A stretch of 64,000 nt of DNA from Acetobacteraceae bacterium. GTDB taxonomy: Bacteria; Pseudomonadota; Alphaproteobacteria; Acetobacterales; Acetobacteraceae. Each line of letters starts with the position of its first letter. The first letter of the stretch is position 1. The notes below the pieces were generated by a model that saw only the letters and a list, made by a program, of their open reading frames with translations, was not told where the DNA came from and made no database searches. This document shows, in pieces, positions 36,140-45,788 of this stretch. The stretch covers positions 1,284-65,283 of the forward strand of contig DASWOJ010000137.1 in NCBI GenBank assembly GCA_036398775.1. The letters are read 5' to 3'. A program made the translations under genes and the position numbers.

Positions 36140-38874
36140 TAGGGCGATGCTAATCCGGGTTGCGGCGGCGTGACAGCCGCGAGTGTCTTCAAATGATATA
36201 TGAGCTCCAACGCGTCGCGCGGGCTGAGACGGTCGGGATCGGTGGCCAACAGCGCCTCGCGCACCTGATCCGCCGCGCCGGCAGCAGCCGCAGTGTCCGC
36301 TGCGCCTGCTGCGGGCGCAGCCGCCTCCGGCTGCGGCGGTGCAGCGAACAGGGGCAAGGGCGGCGGCATCCCGTGGCCGCTGCGCTCCAGATGCGTCAGC
36401 AGGGCGGCGGCGCGCTTGACCGTGGCGGCAGGCACGCCGGCCAGTTGCGCGACGTGGACGCCCCAACTCCGCCCTGCTGCTCCTTCTGCGACCTCATGCA
36501 GGAACACCACGCCGCCCCTCCACTCCTTGACCCGCATGGTATGCGGGCGCAGGCGGGGCAGTTGTTCGGCCAGGCCCGCCAATTCATGGAAATGGGTGGC
36601 GAAGACAGTACGGCAACGCACTAGGCCATGCAGCGCCTCCAACACCGCCCAGGCGATGGCCAACCCGTCGAGGGTGCTGGTGCCGCGCCCGATCTCGTCC
36701 ACGATCACCAGGGAGCGCGGGCCGGCCCCGTGCAGGATGGCGGCGGTTTCCGTCATCTCCACCATAAAGGTGCTGCGCCCGCGCGCCAGGTCGTCCGCCG
36801 CGCCCACCCGGCTGAACACCTGGTCCACGACGCCGATCTCGGCAGACTCCGCCGGCACCGGCAGCCCGGCCTGGGCCAGGATGGCGATCAGCGCGTTCTG
36901 CCTGAGGTAGGTGCTCTTGCCCGCCATGTTCGGACCCGTCAGCAGCAGCACCCGGCGGCCCGGCGACAGGTCGCAGTCGTTCGGCACGAACGCGGCGGCG
37001 CCGTCCAACGCGCCCTCCACGACGGGATGGCGGCCCCCGCGTATGCAGAAGGCGTCGTCGTCCGTCACATGCGGGCGGCGCCATCGCCCGCCCTCGGCCA
37101 GCCGGGCACAGGATTGCAGCACGTCCAGGCGCGCCAGGGCCGAGGCGCAGGCCGCCAAGGCGTCGGCATACGACAGCACCGTCCCAACCAAGCTGTCCCA
37201 CGCCAGCCGCTCCCGCGCTGCCGCGGCGTCGGCGGCCCGGCTGATGCGCTGGTCCAGGTCGGCCAGCTCCGCGTTCACGAAGCGCGCGCCGTTGGTCATC
37301 GCCTGGCGCATCGTCAGCTCCGGATGCGCCCGCAGCTTCTCGACCGCGGCTGCCGGCGCCTCGATCACATAGCCCAACTGCTGATGGTGCCTGATCTTGA
37401 GCGAGGCCACGCCATACCGTTGCGCCAGGTCCAGCGTCAGCCCCGACACCACCCGGCGGCTATCGTCCCGCAGCGCCCGCTGCGCGTCCAGCTCCCCGTC
37501 GAAGCCAGCGGCGATCACCCCGCCATCCTCCAGCCGCGCCGGCGGGGCTGGGACCAGGGCGCGGGCGAGCAGGTCCGCCATCGCCGGGTCCACCCGCAGC
37601 GCCGCCAGGTTCTCCCCCGGTGCCGCCAGGCCGCCAGTGTGCGCCGCCAGGCTGCCAGCCTGCGCCGCCAGGCCAGAAGGTGCGCCGTCCAGCGCCGCCG
37701 CCGCCTCCCGTGCGCTGGACAGGCCGGCTGCGATGGCGGCCATGTCACGCGGCGCGCCGCGCCCGGACGACAAGCGGCCCAGGGCGCGCGCCAGGTCCGG
37801 CACGCCGCGCAGCGCCGTGCGGAGCGCCGCCAAGGCCGCGTCCTGCGTCAGCAGCCAGCACCAGCCGTCCTGCCGGCGCGCAATGGCTGCAGGGTCGAGC
37901 AGCGGGCCGCCGAGCCAGGCTGCCAACAGCCGCGCACCCGGCGCCGTCAGCGTCCGGCTGACCGCGGCCAGCAGGGTGTGCGCCGTGCCGCCGTCCCGGG
38001 CGCGGGTAAGCTCCAGGCTGGCGCGGGTGGCGGCGTCCAGCGTCATCTGCCCGGCCAGCCCAGCCGGCTGCGGCCGGGACAGCCGCGGCATCGTCCCGGC
38101 GCCAGCCGCCTGCACGTAGGCCAGCGCAACGGCCGCCGCGACGGCCTCCGCCTCGGAGTAGGCGCCGAAGGCGTCCAGGCTGGCCACGCCGAACGCCGCG
38201 GCAACCTGGCGTGCAGCGGCGGCCGGGGCAGGCGGAGGGGTGTCGGGTCCGCGCCGGTTGGACCAGTCGCCCAGCGGCAAGCCATCCGGCGCCAGGATTT
38301 CCGCCGGTTCCAGCCGGCCCAGCAGGCCAGCGAGGCCGGCGGGCGCCAGCGCCGCCGTTTCGAACAGCCCGGTGGACACGTCCAGCCACGCAGCACCCAG
38401 CGCCGGCCCGACGCGGGCCAGCGCAAGCAGCAGGTTGGGCCGGTGCGGCTCCAGCAGGCTGTCCTCCGTCAGCGTCCCCGGCGTCACCAGGCGGACCACC
38501 GCGCGCTTCAGCGGACCCTTGCCGGTGCGGCCCTTGGCCGGCTCCATCTGCTCGGCGACCGCGACGCGGTATCCCCGGCGGATCAGCCGCGACAGGTAGG
38601 CGTCGGCGGCGTGGACCGGGACACCGCACATCGGGATCGCCGCGCCGTTGTGCTCGCCGCGCCGGGTCAGCGCGATGTCCAGCGCGCCGGCCGCCGCCTC
38701 CGCATCGGCAAAGAACAGCTCGTAGAAGTCGCCCATGCGCAGGAACAGCAGCGCATCGGGATTTTCAGCCTTCAGCACGAACCATTGGGCGATGGCAGGG
38801 GACGCGCCGTGGGACGACGCGCCCTGGGATGCAGGGCCGGGCGGCGGGGACGCGCCTGCGCTGGGAAGGTCCAT
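36139..38874 (-). CDS. mutS: DNA mismatch repair protein MutS
   Basis: Trimmed to the ATG at 38874 (alternative 38895). FLRMGDFYELFF mismatch-binding motif, Walker A GPNMAGKSTYLRQ and FATHFHEL. Confidence 0.92.
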   Translation of the reverse strand: MDLPSAGASPPPGPASQGASSHGASPAIAQWFVLKAENPDALLFLRMGDFYELFFADAEAAAGALDIALTRRGEHNGAAIPMCGVPVHAADAYLSRLIRRGYRVAVAEQMEPAKGRTGKGPLKRAVVRLVTPGTLTEDSLLEPHRPNLLLALARVGPALGAAWLDVSTGLFETAALAPAGLAGLLGRLEPAEILAPDGLPLGDWSNRRGPDTPPPAPAAAARQVAAAFGVASLDAFGAYSEAEAVAAAVALAYVQAAGAGTMPRLSRPQPAGLAGQMTLDAATRASLELTRARDGGTAHTLLAAVSRTLTAPGARLLAAWLGGPLLDPAAIARRQDGWCWLLTQDAALAALRTALRGVPDLARALGRLSSGRGAPRDMAAIAAGLSSAREAAAALDGAPSGLAAQAGSLAAHTGGLAAPGENLAALRVDPAMADLLARALVPAPPARLEDGGVIAAGFDGELDAQRALRDDSRRVVSGLTLDLAQRYGVASLKIRHHQQLGYVIEAPAAAVEKLRAHPELTMRQAMTNGARFVNAELADLDQRISRAADAAAARERLAWDSLVGTVLSYADALAACASALARLDVLQSCARLAEGGRWRRPHVTDDDAFCIRGGRHPVVEGALDGAAAFVPNDCDLSPGRRVLLLTGPNMAGKSTYLRQNALIAILAQAGLPVPAESAEIGVVDQVFSRVGAADDLARGRSTFMVEMTETAAILHGAGPRSLVIVDEIGRGTSTLDGLAIAWAVLEALHGLVRCRTVFATHFHELAGLAEQLPRLRPHTMRVKEWRGGVVFLHEVAEGAAGRSWGVHVAQLAGVPAATVKRAAALLTHLERSGHGMPPPLPLFAAPPQPEAAAPAAGAADTAAAAGAADQVREALLATDPDRLSPRDALELIYHLKTLAAVTPPQPGLASP

Positions 38875-38980
38875 CGCGCCACGATACCGCGTCATGCCGC
38901 ACCTGCGAAGCGGCTGGGTTACGTGGCCTGCCCCCCTGGCGTATGCAGGACAAAACCGCGAGACACAGGAAACGCCCCTC

Positions 38981-41326
38981 ATGGCCGACGGCACCATCAC
39001 CCCGAGCACGAGCGCCCCAAGCACGGGCACTCCAAGCACGGGCACTCCAAGCGAGAACGAGCCGCGCAGCTCCCGCGTGTCAGCCGAGGAGGCACTGGCG
39101 CTCCACTCGTCCGGCCGTCCCGGCAAGCTGGAAACCCGCATCAGCAAGCCGCTGGTCACCGCGCGCGACCTCAGCATGGCCTACTCGCCCGGCGTCGCCG
39201 AACCCTGCCTGCACATCCAGCGCGACCCGGCGCTCGCCTACGAATACACCACCAAGGGCAACATGGTCGCCGTCGTCAGCAACGGCACCGCCGTGCTCGG
39301 CCTGGGCAACCTCGGCGCCCTCGCCAGCAAGCCGGTGATGGAGGGCAAGGTCGCCCTGTTCAAGCGCTTCGCCGACCTCGACGGCATAGACCTTGAGATC
39401 TCCACCGAGGACGTGGACCAGTTCGTCAACTGCGTCCGCTACCTCGGCACCGGCTTCGGCGGCATCAACCTTGAGGACATCAAGGCCCCCGAGTGCTTCG
39501 TCATCGAGCAGCGCCTGCGCGAGCTGATGGACATCCCGGTATTCCACGACGACCAGCACGGCACCGCCATCGTCGCTGCGGCCGGCCTCATCAACGCCTG
39601 CCACCTTACGGGACGGACGCTTGCCGACACCAAGCTGGTGGTGAACGGCGCCGGCGCGGCCGCCATCGCCTGCGTCGAGCTGCTGAAGGCGATGGGCATG
39701 CGGCCCGAGCACGTCATCCTGTGCGACACCAAGGGCGTGGTCTATCAGGGCCGCACCGCCGGCATGAACCAGTGGAAGTCCGGCCACGCCGTCGCCACGG
39801 GCGCCCGCACCCTGGCCGACGCCGTGGCCGGGGCCGACGTGTTCTTCGGCCTGTCGGTGCGCGGCGCGCTGACCCAGGACATGGTCCGCACCATGGCGGA
39901 CAAGCCGATCATCTTCGCGATGGCCAACCCCGACCCGGAGATCACGCCGGAGGAGGCACGCGCCGTCAGCCCGCACGCGATCATCGCCACCGGGCGCAGC
40001 GACTACCCGAACCAGGTCAACAACGTGCTGGGCTTCCCCTACATCTTCCGCGGCGCCCTGGACGTGCGGGCCAGCACGATCAACGACGCGATGAAGGTCG
40101 CCGCCGCCGAGGCGCTGGCGGCGCTGGCGCGGGAGGACGTGCCGGACGAGGTCCACAACGCATCCTCTGGCGGCAAGCGGCTGAACTTCGGGCCGGAATA
40201 CATTATCCCCAACGCCTTCGACCCCCGCCTCATCAGCCGCATCCCCCCCGCGGTCGCGCGCGCCGCCATGGAAAGCGGCGTCGCCAAGAAGCCGATGACC
40301 GACCTGCGGAAATACTCCCGCGTGCTGTCGGGACGCCTGGACCCCACCGCCAACGCGCTGGACGCGATCATGGAGCGGGTGCGCGCCAACCCCCGCCGGG
40401 TCGTGTTCGCCGAGGGCGAGGAGGAAAAGGTCGTACGCGCCGCCGTCGCCTTCCGCAACGCGGGCTATGGCACTCCGGTGCTGGTCGGGCGGGAGGACCG
40501 GGTGCGGACAACGCTGGCCGGGCTGGGCCTGGGCTCGCTGGACGGCATCGAGATACACAACGCCCGGCTGTCCCACAAGAACGCCGAATACACCGAGTTC
40601 CTCTATGCCCGGAAGCAGCGCGAGGGGATGCTGGAGCGGGACTGCCAGCGCATGGTGAACCAGGACCGCAACATCTTCGCCGCCTGCATGGTGGCCGCCG
40701 GCGACGCCCACGCGATGCTGACCGGCCTGACCAGGTCGGCGGCGGTGTGCCTGGACGACATCGGCCAAGTTGTGGACCCCCTGCCTGGCAAGGTCAGCTT
40801 CGGCCTGACGCTCATGCTCGGCGCCCACGGCGCGATCATGGTCGCCGATACCCTGATCCACGAGCGCCCGACCGCGCAGCAGTTGGCCGACATCGCCGTC
40901 GGCGCGGCGGCGGCGGCCCGGCACCTCGGCCACGAGCCGCGGGTGGCCCTGCTGTCGCACTCGACCTTCGGCAACCCGATGCACAGCACGGTGCAGGGCA
41001 TACGCGAGGCCGTGGCGATCCTCGACCGCCGCGGCGTGGACTTCGAATACGACGGCGACATGAGCCCGGAGGTCGCCTTGGACCCGGCGATCCGCGCGAT
41101 GTATCCATTCTGCCGCCTGACGGGGAACGCCAACCTGCTGGTGATGCCGGGCCTCCATGCCGCGCACATCGCCTCCCGCCTGGCGCCGCGCCTGGGTGCG
41201 ACCAGCACGATCGGGCCTGTTCTGCTCGGCCTGACGCACTCGGCGCAGATCATCCCGATGGGCGCGTCCGTCAGCCAAATCGTTGATCTCGCGGGGATAG
41301 CGGGCTATCAATCCATAACAGCTTAA
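38981..41326 (+). CDS. maeB: NADP-dependent malic enzyme (malic enzyme plus PTA-like domain)
   Basis: Trimmed from ORF 38735..41326. [14 protein letters not shown], the NAD(P) site GAGAAAIA and a phosphotransacetylase-like C-terminal half. An alternative GTG start at 39077 would exclude the low-complexity N-terminus. Confidence 0.9.
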   Translation: MADGTITPSTSAPSTGTPSTGTPSENEPRSSRVSAEEALALHSSGRPGKLETRISKPLVTARDLSMAYSPGVAEPCLHIQRDPALAYEYTTKGNMVAVVSNGTAVLGLGNLGALASKPVMEGKVALFKRFADLDGIDLEISTEDVDQFVNCVRYLGTGFGGINLEDIKAPECFVIEQRLRELMDIPVFHDDQHGTAIVAAAGLINACHLTGRTLADTKLVVNGAGAAAIACVELLKAMGMRPEHVILCDTKGVVYQGRTAGMNQWKSGHAVATGARTLADAVAGADVFFGLSVRGALTQDMVRTMADKPIIFAMANPDPEITPEEARAVSPHAIIATGRSDYPNQVNNVLGFPYIFRGALDVRASTINDAMKVAAAEALAALAREDVPDEVHNASSGGKRLNFGPEYIIPNAFDPRLISRIPPAVARAAMESGVAKKPMTDLRKYSRVLSGRLDPTANALDAIMERVRANPRRVVFAEGEEEKVVRAAVAFRNAGYGTPVLVGREDRVRTTLAGLGLGSLDGIEIHNARLSHKNAEYTEFLYARKQREGMLERDCQRMVNQDRNIFAACMVAAGDAHAMLTGLTRSAAVCLDDIGQVVDPLPGKVSFGLTLMLGAHGAIMVADTLIHERPTAQQLADIAVGAAAAARHLGHEPRVALLSHSTFGNPMHSTVQGIREAVAILDRRGVDFEYDGDMSPEVALDPAIRAMYPFCRLTGNANLLVMPGLHAAHIASRLAPRLGATSTIGPVLLGLTHSAQIIPMGASVSQIVDLAGIAGYQSITA
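39002..39061. repeat. 15-bp tandem repeat x4 (2 perfect, 2 degenerate) at the maeB 5' end
   Basis: Units are CCGAGCACGAGCGCC, CCAAGCACGGGCACT, CCAAGCACGGGCACT and CCAAGCGAGAACGAG. If translated they encode (P)STGT repeats. Confidence 0.8.
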
Positions 41327-41339
41327 AATGGGGTAGTTC

Positions 41340-43937
41340 GTGGACCAACAGGTTGCCGGCGCTGCCGGTAGGGAGGGCGCGGGCGTCGTCGCCCGACGCC
41401 TGCGGAGCATCTTCAGCGGCTCCGTCGGCAACCTGATCGAGTGGTACGATTTCTATATCTACAACTCGTTCTCCATCTACTTCGCCAGCCAGTTCAGCAG
41501 CAGCACCGATCCAACGGTGCAGTTCCTGAACATCTACGGCATCTACGCCATCGCCTTCCTGATCCGCCCGGTCGGCGGCATCCTGCTGGGATACTACGCC
41601 GACATGCGCGGCCGCCGCGCCGCGCTGACCCTGTCGGTGATGCTGATGTGCGCGGCGTCCCTGATGATCGCCGTGATCCCCACCTACGGGCAGATCGGCA
41701 TCGCGGCGCCGATTCTGTTGCTGGTCGCACGGCTGATCCAGGGGCTGTCGCTCGGCGGGGAGTATGCGGCGTCCGCCACCTACCTGTCCGAGATTTCGCT
41801 GAGCCGGCGCCGCGGCTTCTACACCTCGTTCCAGTATGTCACCCTCATCGGCGGCCAGGTTCTGGCGTCGCTGCTGCTGATCGTGATGCAGCAACGGCTG
41901 ACCAGCGCGCAGTTGGTGTCATGGGGCTGGCGCGTGCCCTTCGTCATTGGTGCGCTGCTGGCGGTCTATGGCCTGTATCTCCGACGCAACATGCTCGAAA
42001 CCGAGGACTTCGCCCGCGCCTCCCGCAGCCGCCGGGAAAGTCCGTTGCGGGAGGTGTTCCGCCACCCGCGCGAGCTGTTCCTGGTGTTCGGCCTGACGAT
42101 GGGCGGCACCGCGGCGTTCTACACCTTCAGCACCTACATGCCGACCTTCCTGGTCAATACCGTAAAGCTGTCGCGTGAGGATGCGACGCTGGTGTCGTTC
42201 GGCACCCTGTTCTTCTTCGCGGCGCTGCAGCCGGTGCTGGGCGCACTGTCCGACCATATCGGGCGCAAGCCGGTGCTGCTGTGGTTCGGCCTGATGGGGA
42301 CGCTGTGCACCTATTTCATCATGACGGCGATGGCGGCCACGCGGGACGTGCTGACCGTGACGCTGCTGCTGATGACGGCGCTGGGCATCGTGTCCGGCTA
42401 CACCAGCATCAACGCCGTGGTGAAGGCGGAGTTGTTCCCGGCCGGGGTGCGCGCCCTCGGGGTGGGGCTGCCCTACGCGGTCGCGGCGTCGGTGTTCGGC
42501 GGCTCCGCGCCTTATGTGGCGCTCTGGTTCAAGGATCAGGGGCACGAGAGCTGGTTCTTCATCTACATCACCGCGCTGATCTTCGGCTCGCTGCTGGTTT
42601 ACGCCACGATGCGGGAAACCAAGGCGGCATCGCTGATCGCCGAACCCGGCGCGCCCCTCCCAGCCTCGCCCCGTGCGGAAGTGCCGGGTGCAGGAATGCC
42701 GGGCGCGGGCCTTCGCGCTACGGCCATGCCCGCCCGCCGCCGCGGCCGTCCGCTGGTCTGGATCACCATGCTGGGCGCAGCAGGCGTCGTCATCGCCACC
42801 CTGCTGTTCAGCCAAAGGTTCTGGAGCAACACGGCAGAGCCTGCAAAGGAGCCACCGCCGGCCACGCCGCGATCCGAGGCAAGCGCAGCGCCTGCCGCCC
42901 CGCTTCCTTCATCCCTGCCTCCTGCACCCTCGGCCGCAACTCCCGGCGCAGCGGCCGTGTCTTCGAAGCCCGATGCCGCCGCACTCCCGCCGGTGGCGCC
43001 GGCGCTTACCGGTGACGGGACGGCGCGGTCTGGAGTCCCCGCCGGCTCCATGGGATCAGGCGCTGCCGTCACGCCGCAAGCCGGTCCGGCCGCTGCACCA
43101 CCTGCTTCTGCATCCGCGCCAATTGCTGGTCCTGACACGCTGGCGCGGGAACCCGCCGGTACCGGGGTCACCGCTTCGCCGACGCAGACCGCAGCCAAGG
43201 TCGAGTCCGCGCCGGCAACGCCATCGGCAACCGCCGAAGCCGCCCATGCGCCCGCCGCCGTCGCTGCCCCGAGCATGGTCGAGCTTCCCGGCGGGTCCTT
43301 CCGCATGGGCAGCAGCGACGACCCTGCGGAGCGTCCGGCCCACTCCGTGACGGTCGCGCCGTTCCTGCTGGCCACCCATGCGGCAACCGTCCGCGAGTGG
43401 CAGCAGTGCGTGGATGCGAATGCCTGCCCGGCCGTGTCCAAGGGCAAGCCTGACGAACCCGTCACCAACGTAAGCTGGGACGATGCCAAGGGCTACGCCG
43501 CCTGGCTGTCCGGTGCCACCAAGCAGCCCTACCGGCTGCCGACCGAGGCGGAGTGGGAATATGCCGCCCGGGCCGGGACGGAGACACGTTATGCGTGGGG
43601 CAACGCGGTTGTGCCAGGCAAGGTGAGCTGCAAGGGGTGCGCCGGCCCGGTCAGCGTGCAATACCCGCCGCGGGTTGACGCTTATCCGCCGAATGCCTTC
43701 GGACTGCTTGGCATGGGTGGCGGCGTGGCCGAATGGGTCTCCGATTGCTGGCACCGCACCTACCAGGGCGCGCCGCGCAACGGCTCCGGGTGGGACGTCC
43801 CGAACTGCCGCGAACGGGTGCTGCGCGGCGGCTCATGGATGGAGGACGCCAGCGCGATCCGCCCCGCCAGCCGGCAATCCTATAACGCCACCATCCGCTA
43901 TCCCACGCATGGCATCCGCCTTGCCCGGTCCAGGTGA
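41340..43937 (+). CDS. Fusion protein: MFS metabolite:H+ symporter (KgtP/ProP-like, 12 TM), a 13th TM, a Pro/Ala-rich linker, and an FGE-sulfatase (SUMF1/EgtB/PvdO-like) domain
   Basis: A single uninterrupted 865-aa ORF. N-terminal GNLIEWYDFYIYNSF and the MFS pattern run to about aa 430. Then comes TM LVWITMLGAAGVVIATLLF, a ~190-aa P/A/S-rich region, and C-terminal ELPGGSFRMGS...NVSWDDAKGYAAWL...YRLPTEAEWEYAARAG...RVLRGGSW. Confidence 0.8.
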   Translation: MDQQVAGAAGREGAGVVARRLRSIFSGSVGNLIEWYDFYIYNSFSIYFASQFSSSTDPTVQFLNIYGIYAIAFLIRPVGGILLGYYADMRGRRAALTLSVMLMCAASLMIAVIPTYGQIGIAAPILLLVARLIQGLSLGGEYAASATYLSEISLSRRRGFYTSFQYVTLIGGQVLASLLLIVMQQRLTSAQLVSWGWRVPFVIGALLAVYGLYLRRNMLETEDFARASRSRRESPLREVFRHPRELFLVFGLTMGGTAAFYTFSTYMPTFLVNTVKLSREDATLVSFGTLFFFAALQPVLGALSDHIGRKPVLLWFGLMGTLCTYFIMTAMAATRDVLTVTLLLMTALGIVSGYTSINAVVKAELFPAGVRALGVGLPYAVAASVFGGSAPYVALWFKDQGHESWFFIYITALIFGSLLVYATMRETKAASLIAEPGAPLPASPRAEVPGAGMPGAGLRATAMPARRRGRPLVWITMLGAAGVVIATLLFSQRFWSNTAEPAKEPPPATPRSEASAAPAAPLPSSLPPAPSAATPGAAAVSSKPDAAALPPVAPALTGDGTARSGVPAGSMGSGAAVTPQAGPAAAPPASASAPIAGPDTLAREPAGTGVTASPTQTAAKVESAPATPSATAEAAHAPAAVAAPSMVELPGGSFRMGSSDDPAERPAHSVTVAPFLLATHAATVREWQQCVDANACPAVSKGKPDEPVTNVSWDDAKGYAAWLSGATKQPYRLPTEAEWEYAARAGTETRYAWGNAVVPGKVSCKGCAGPVSVQYPPRVDAYPPNAFGLLGMGGGVAEWVSDCWHRTYQGAPRNGSGWDVPNCRERVLRGGSWMEDASAIRPASRQSYNATIRYPTHGIRLARSR

Positions 43938-43997
43938 GCCGGCACGGCTGGTGAACCGCTGCATGATGCGGCACCCGCCAGGCCGGTTCATGCCGGT

Positions 43998-44816
43998 TTA
44001 AGGCGACCGCATCCGCCAAAGCTCCCATGCCCGCCCGACCAGCCCATTGCCGGTCTGCGCTGCCATAGCCGCCTCCTCGGTCGTCAGGAACGTCACCGGC
44101 CCCAGCCGCTGCGCGTCCGACTGCAGCCTCGCGTTGACCTCGGCATAGACCGCCCGGAACACCGTCTGCCGCACGTCCGCACCCACCGTGGTCGAGCCAT
44201 GTCCGCGCATCAGCACCACCGAGTGCCCGCCCAGGGTCCAGGCCAGCGCATCCCCCAACGCATCCGACCGCACCAGCAGGTCCGTCGCCGGGCCGGCCAC
44301 GTCCCTGATCTCGAACACCGGCGTGTCCGGCCCCAAGAAACCCGCCAGGTGAAACACCGGGCGCAGCGCCGCGCCGCCTGCCACCCCGAACGGTATGATC
44401 CCCACCGAATGGCTGTGCACAACAGCCATCACGTCCGGACGTGCCCGGTAGATCGCGCCGTGGATGAACCGCTCCAAATAAGGCGTCCGTCCAGCCGCAG
44501 CCACCGGCGTGCTGTCCAGCTCGAACTCCATGATGTCCGCCGCCTGCACCAGAGCCGGCGCCATGCTGCGGGACAGCAAATAGCGGTCGGCCTGCTTGTC
44601 ATGCCGGACGCTGACATGACCGAACCCGTCCACCACGCCCTGGTCGAACAGGATGTGGTTGGCCGCCACCAAATCAGCGACCAGCGCCGGGGACGGTGCC
44701 GGCGCAGCCTCCGCAGCACCGGCCGGGACCGGAAGGAACGCCGCAGCCAGCCCGGTCATGCCGCAGCGCAGGCAGCCCCGCCGGGTCAGCGGCAGCGTCA
44801 GGTCGCGGGCGTCCAC
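43998..44816 (-). CDS. Class II aldolase/adducin-domain protein with a Tat-like signal peptide
   Basis: N-terminal TRRGCLRCGMTGLAAAFLPVPAGAAEA (twin-Arg, h-region, AxA). Core GFGHVSVR...VVHSHS...MRGHG is typical of the class II aldolase fold. Confidence 0.75.
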   Translation of the reverse strand: MDARDLTLPLTRRGCLRCGMTGLAAAFLPVPAGAAEAAPAPSPALVADLVAANHILFDQGVVDGFGHVSVRHDKQADRYLLSRSMAPALVQAADIMEFELDSTPVAAAGRTPYLERFIHGAIYRARPDVMAVVHSHSVGIIPFGVAGGAALRPVFHLAGFLGPDTPVFEIRDVAGPATDLLVRSDALGDALAWTLGGHSVVLMRGHGSTTVGADVRQTVFRAVYAEVNARLQSDAQRLGPVTFLTTEEAAMAAQTGNGLVGRAWELWRMRSP

Positions 44817-45763
44817 AACACCGGCGCCAGCGAGTAGCCATCACCTTCACGCACAATGTGCCCCGTCGCCGGGAATGGCGCATGGTAGAACGACACCTGC
44901 ATCCGCTCCGTCGCGGCGATGTCCAGCATCCGGCGCCGGGTGGCCCGTGCCCCGGCGGCATCCTGGTCGAACACGGCGGACCAGTCGGGGTGGCGGGCGA
45001 AGATCAGGGTGTTGTTGGTCACGTCCGACATCACCAGCAGCTTCTGCCCGCCGGACGCGATGGCGAAGCAGGTGTGCCCCGGCGTATGCCCAGGCGCCCC
45101 GATGCTGGTGATGCCCGGCAGCACTTCCTTGTCCCATCCATAACGCGTGACCTGCCCTGCAACCGGGCCGAACACCCGGCGCACGTTGTCGAAGTTGGGC
45201 CGCAGCCCATCCGGGGACGACGCACGCTTGTCGTCGCTGGTCCAGAAATCCCACTCCGCCGCAGGCACCATGATCTCCGCCCGCGGGAACACCGCGGTGC
45301 CGTCCCTGAGCCGGAAGCCGTTGATGTGGTCGGCATGGAAATGGCTGAACAGCACCACGTCAACCTGCGCCGGGTCGAACCCGGCGGCGCGGAAATTGCT
45401 CATCCAGGTGCCGCTGGTCGGCGCGCCCAGGTCGCCGTTGCCGGTGTCTATCAGCACCAGCTTGCCGCCGGTGCTGACCACCAGCGTCGTGAAGGTGATC
45501 GGAAACCGGTCGGTCGGCAGGAAGTTGTCCGCCAGGGCCTGCTGCACCGCGCCGGGTGGCGCGTTCGGAATGAAGCCGTCCAGGCTGCGGTATGCCAGGC
45601 CGTCATGGATGGCCGTGACCCGGATGTCGCCGATGCCGTAGCGGTAGAAGCTGGGCATCTGGCTCGACGGAGGCGCGGCGCCGGCGGCATGCCGCAGCAC
45701 CGAGGCGGCCGCCGCAGCTCCTATGGTGGACCCTATCAGGCGGCGTTTGATCGGCATGGCCAT
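44798..45763 (-). CDS. MBL-fold metallo-hydrolase (lactonase-like) with a Tat-like signal peptide
   Basis: N-terminal KRRLIGSTIGAAAAASVL and the HxHxDH motif FSHFHADHINGF. 19-nt overlap with the downstream aldolase gene. Confidence 0.8.
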   Translation of the reverse strand: MAMPIKRRLIGSTIGAAAAASVLRHAAGAAPPSSQMPSFYRYGIGDIRVTAIHDGLAYRSLDGFIPNAPPGAVQQALADNFLPTDRFPITFTTLVVSTGGKLVLIDTGNGDLGAPTSGTWMSNFRAAGFDPAQVDVVLFSHFHADHINGFRLRDGTAVFPRAEIMVPAAEWDFWTSDDKRASSPDGLRPNFDNVRRVFGPVAGQVTRYGWDKEVLPGITSIGAPGHTPGHTCFAIASGGQKLLVMSDVTNNTLIFARHPDWSAVFDQDAAGARATRRRMLDIAATERMQVSFYHAPFPATGHIVREGDGYSLAPVLWTPAT

Positions 45764-45788
45764 GTCTCCAGCAGCATTGCCGGAAAGA

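Noticed and set aside
33320-36466. N-terminal extensions of supplied ORFs (glnD to 36466, mutS to 39177, paaA from 18579, cobT from 3001, the aminotransferase from 1296, maeB from 38735, murJ from 15010)
   Set aside because: The extensions overlap upstream genes or intergenic repeats and are Arg/Pro/Gly-rich. They precede an internal ATG or GTG where family-typical N-terminal motifs begin, often with stop/start overlaps to the neighbouring gene.
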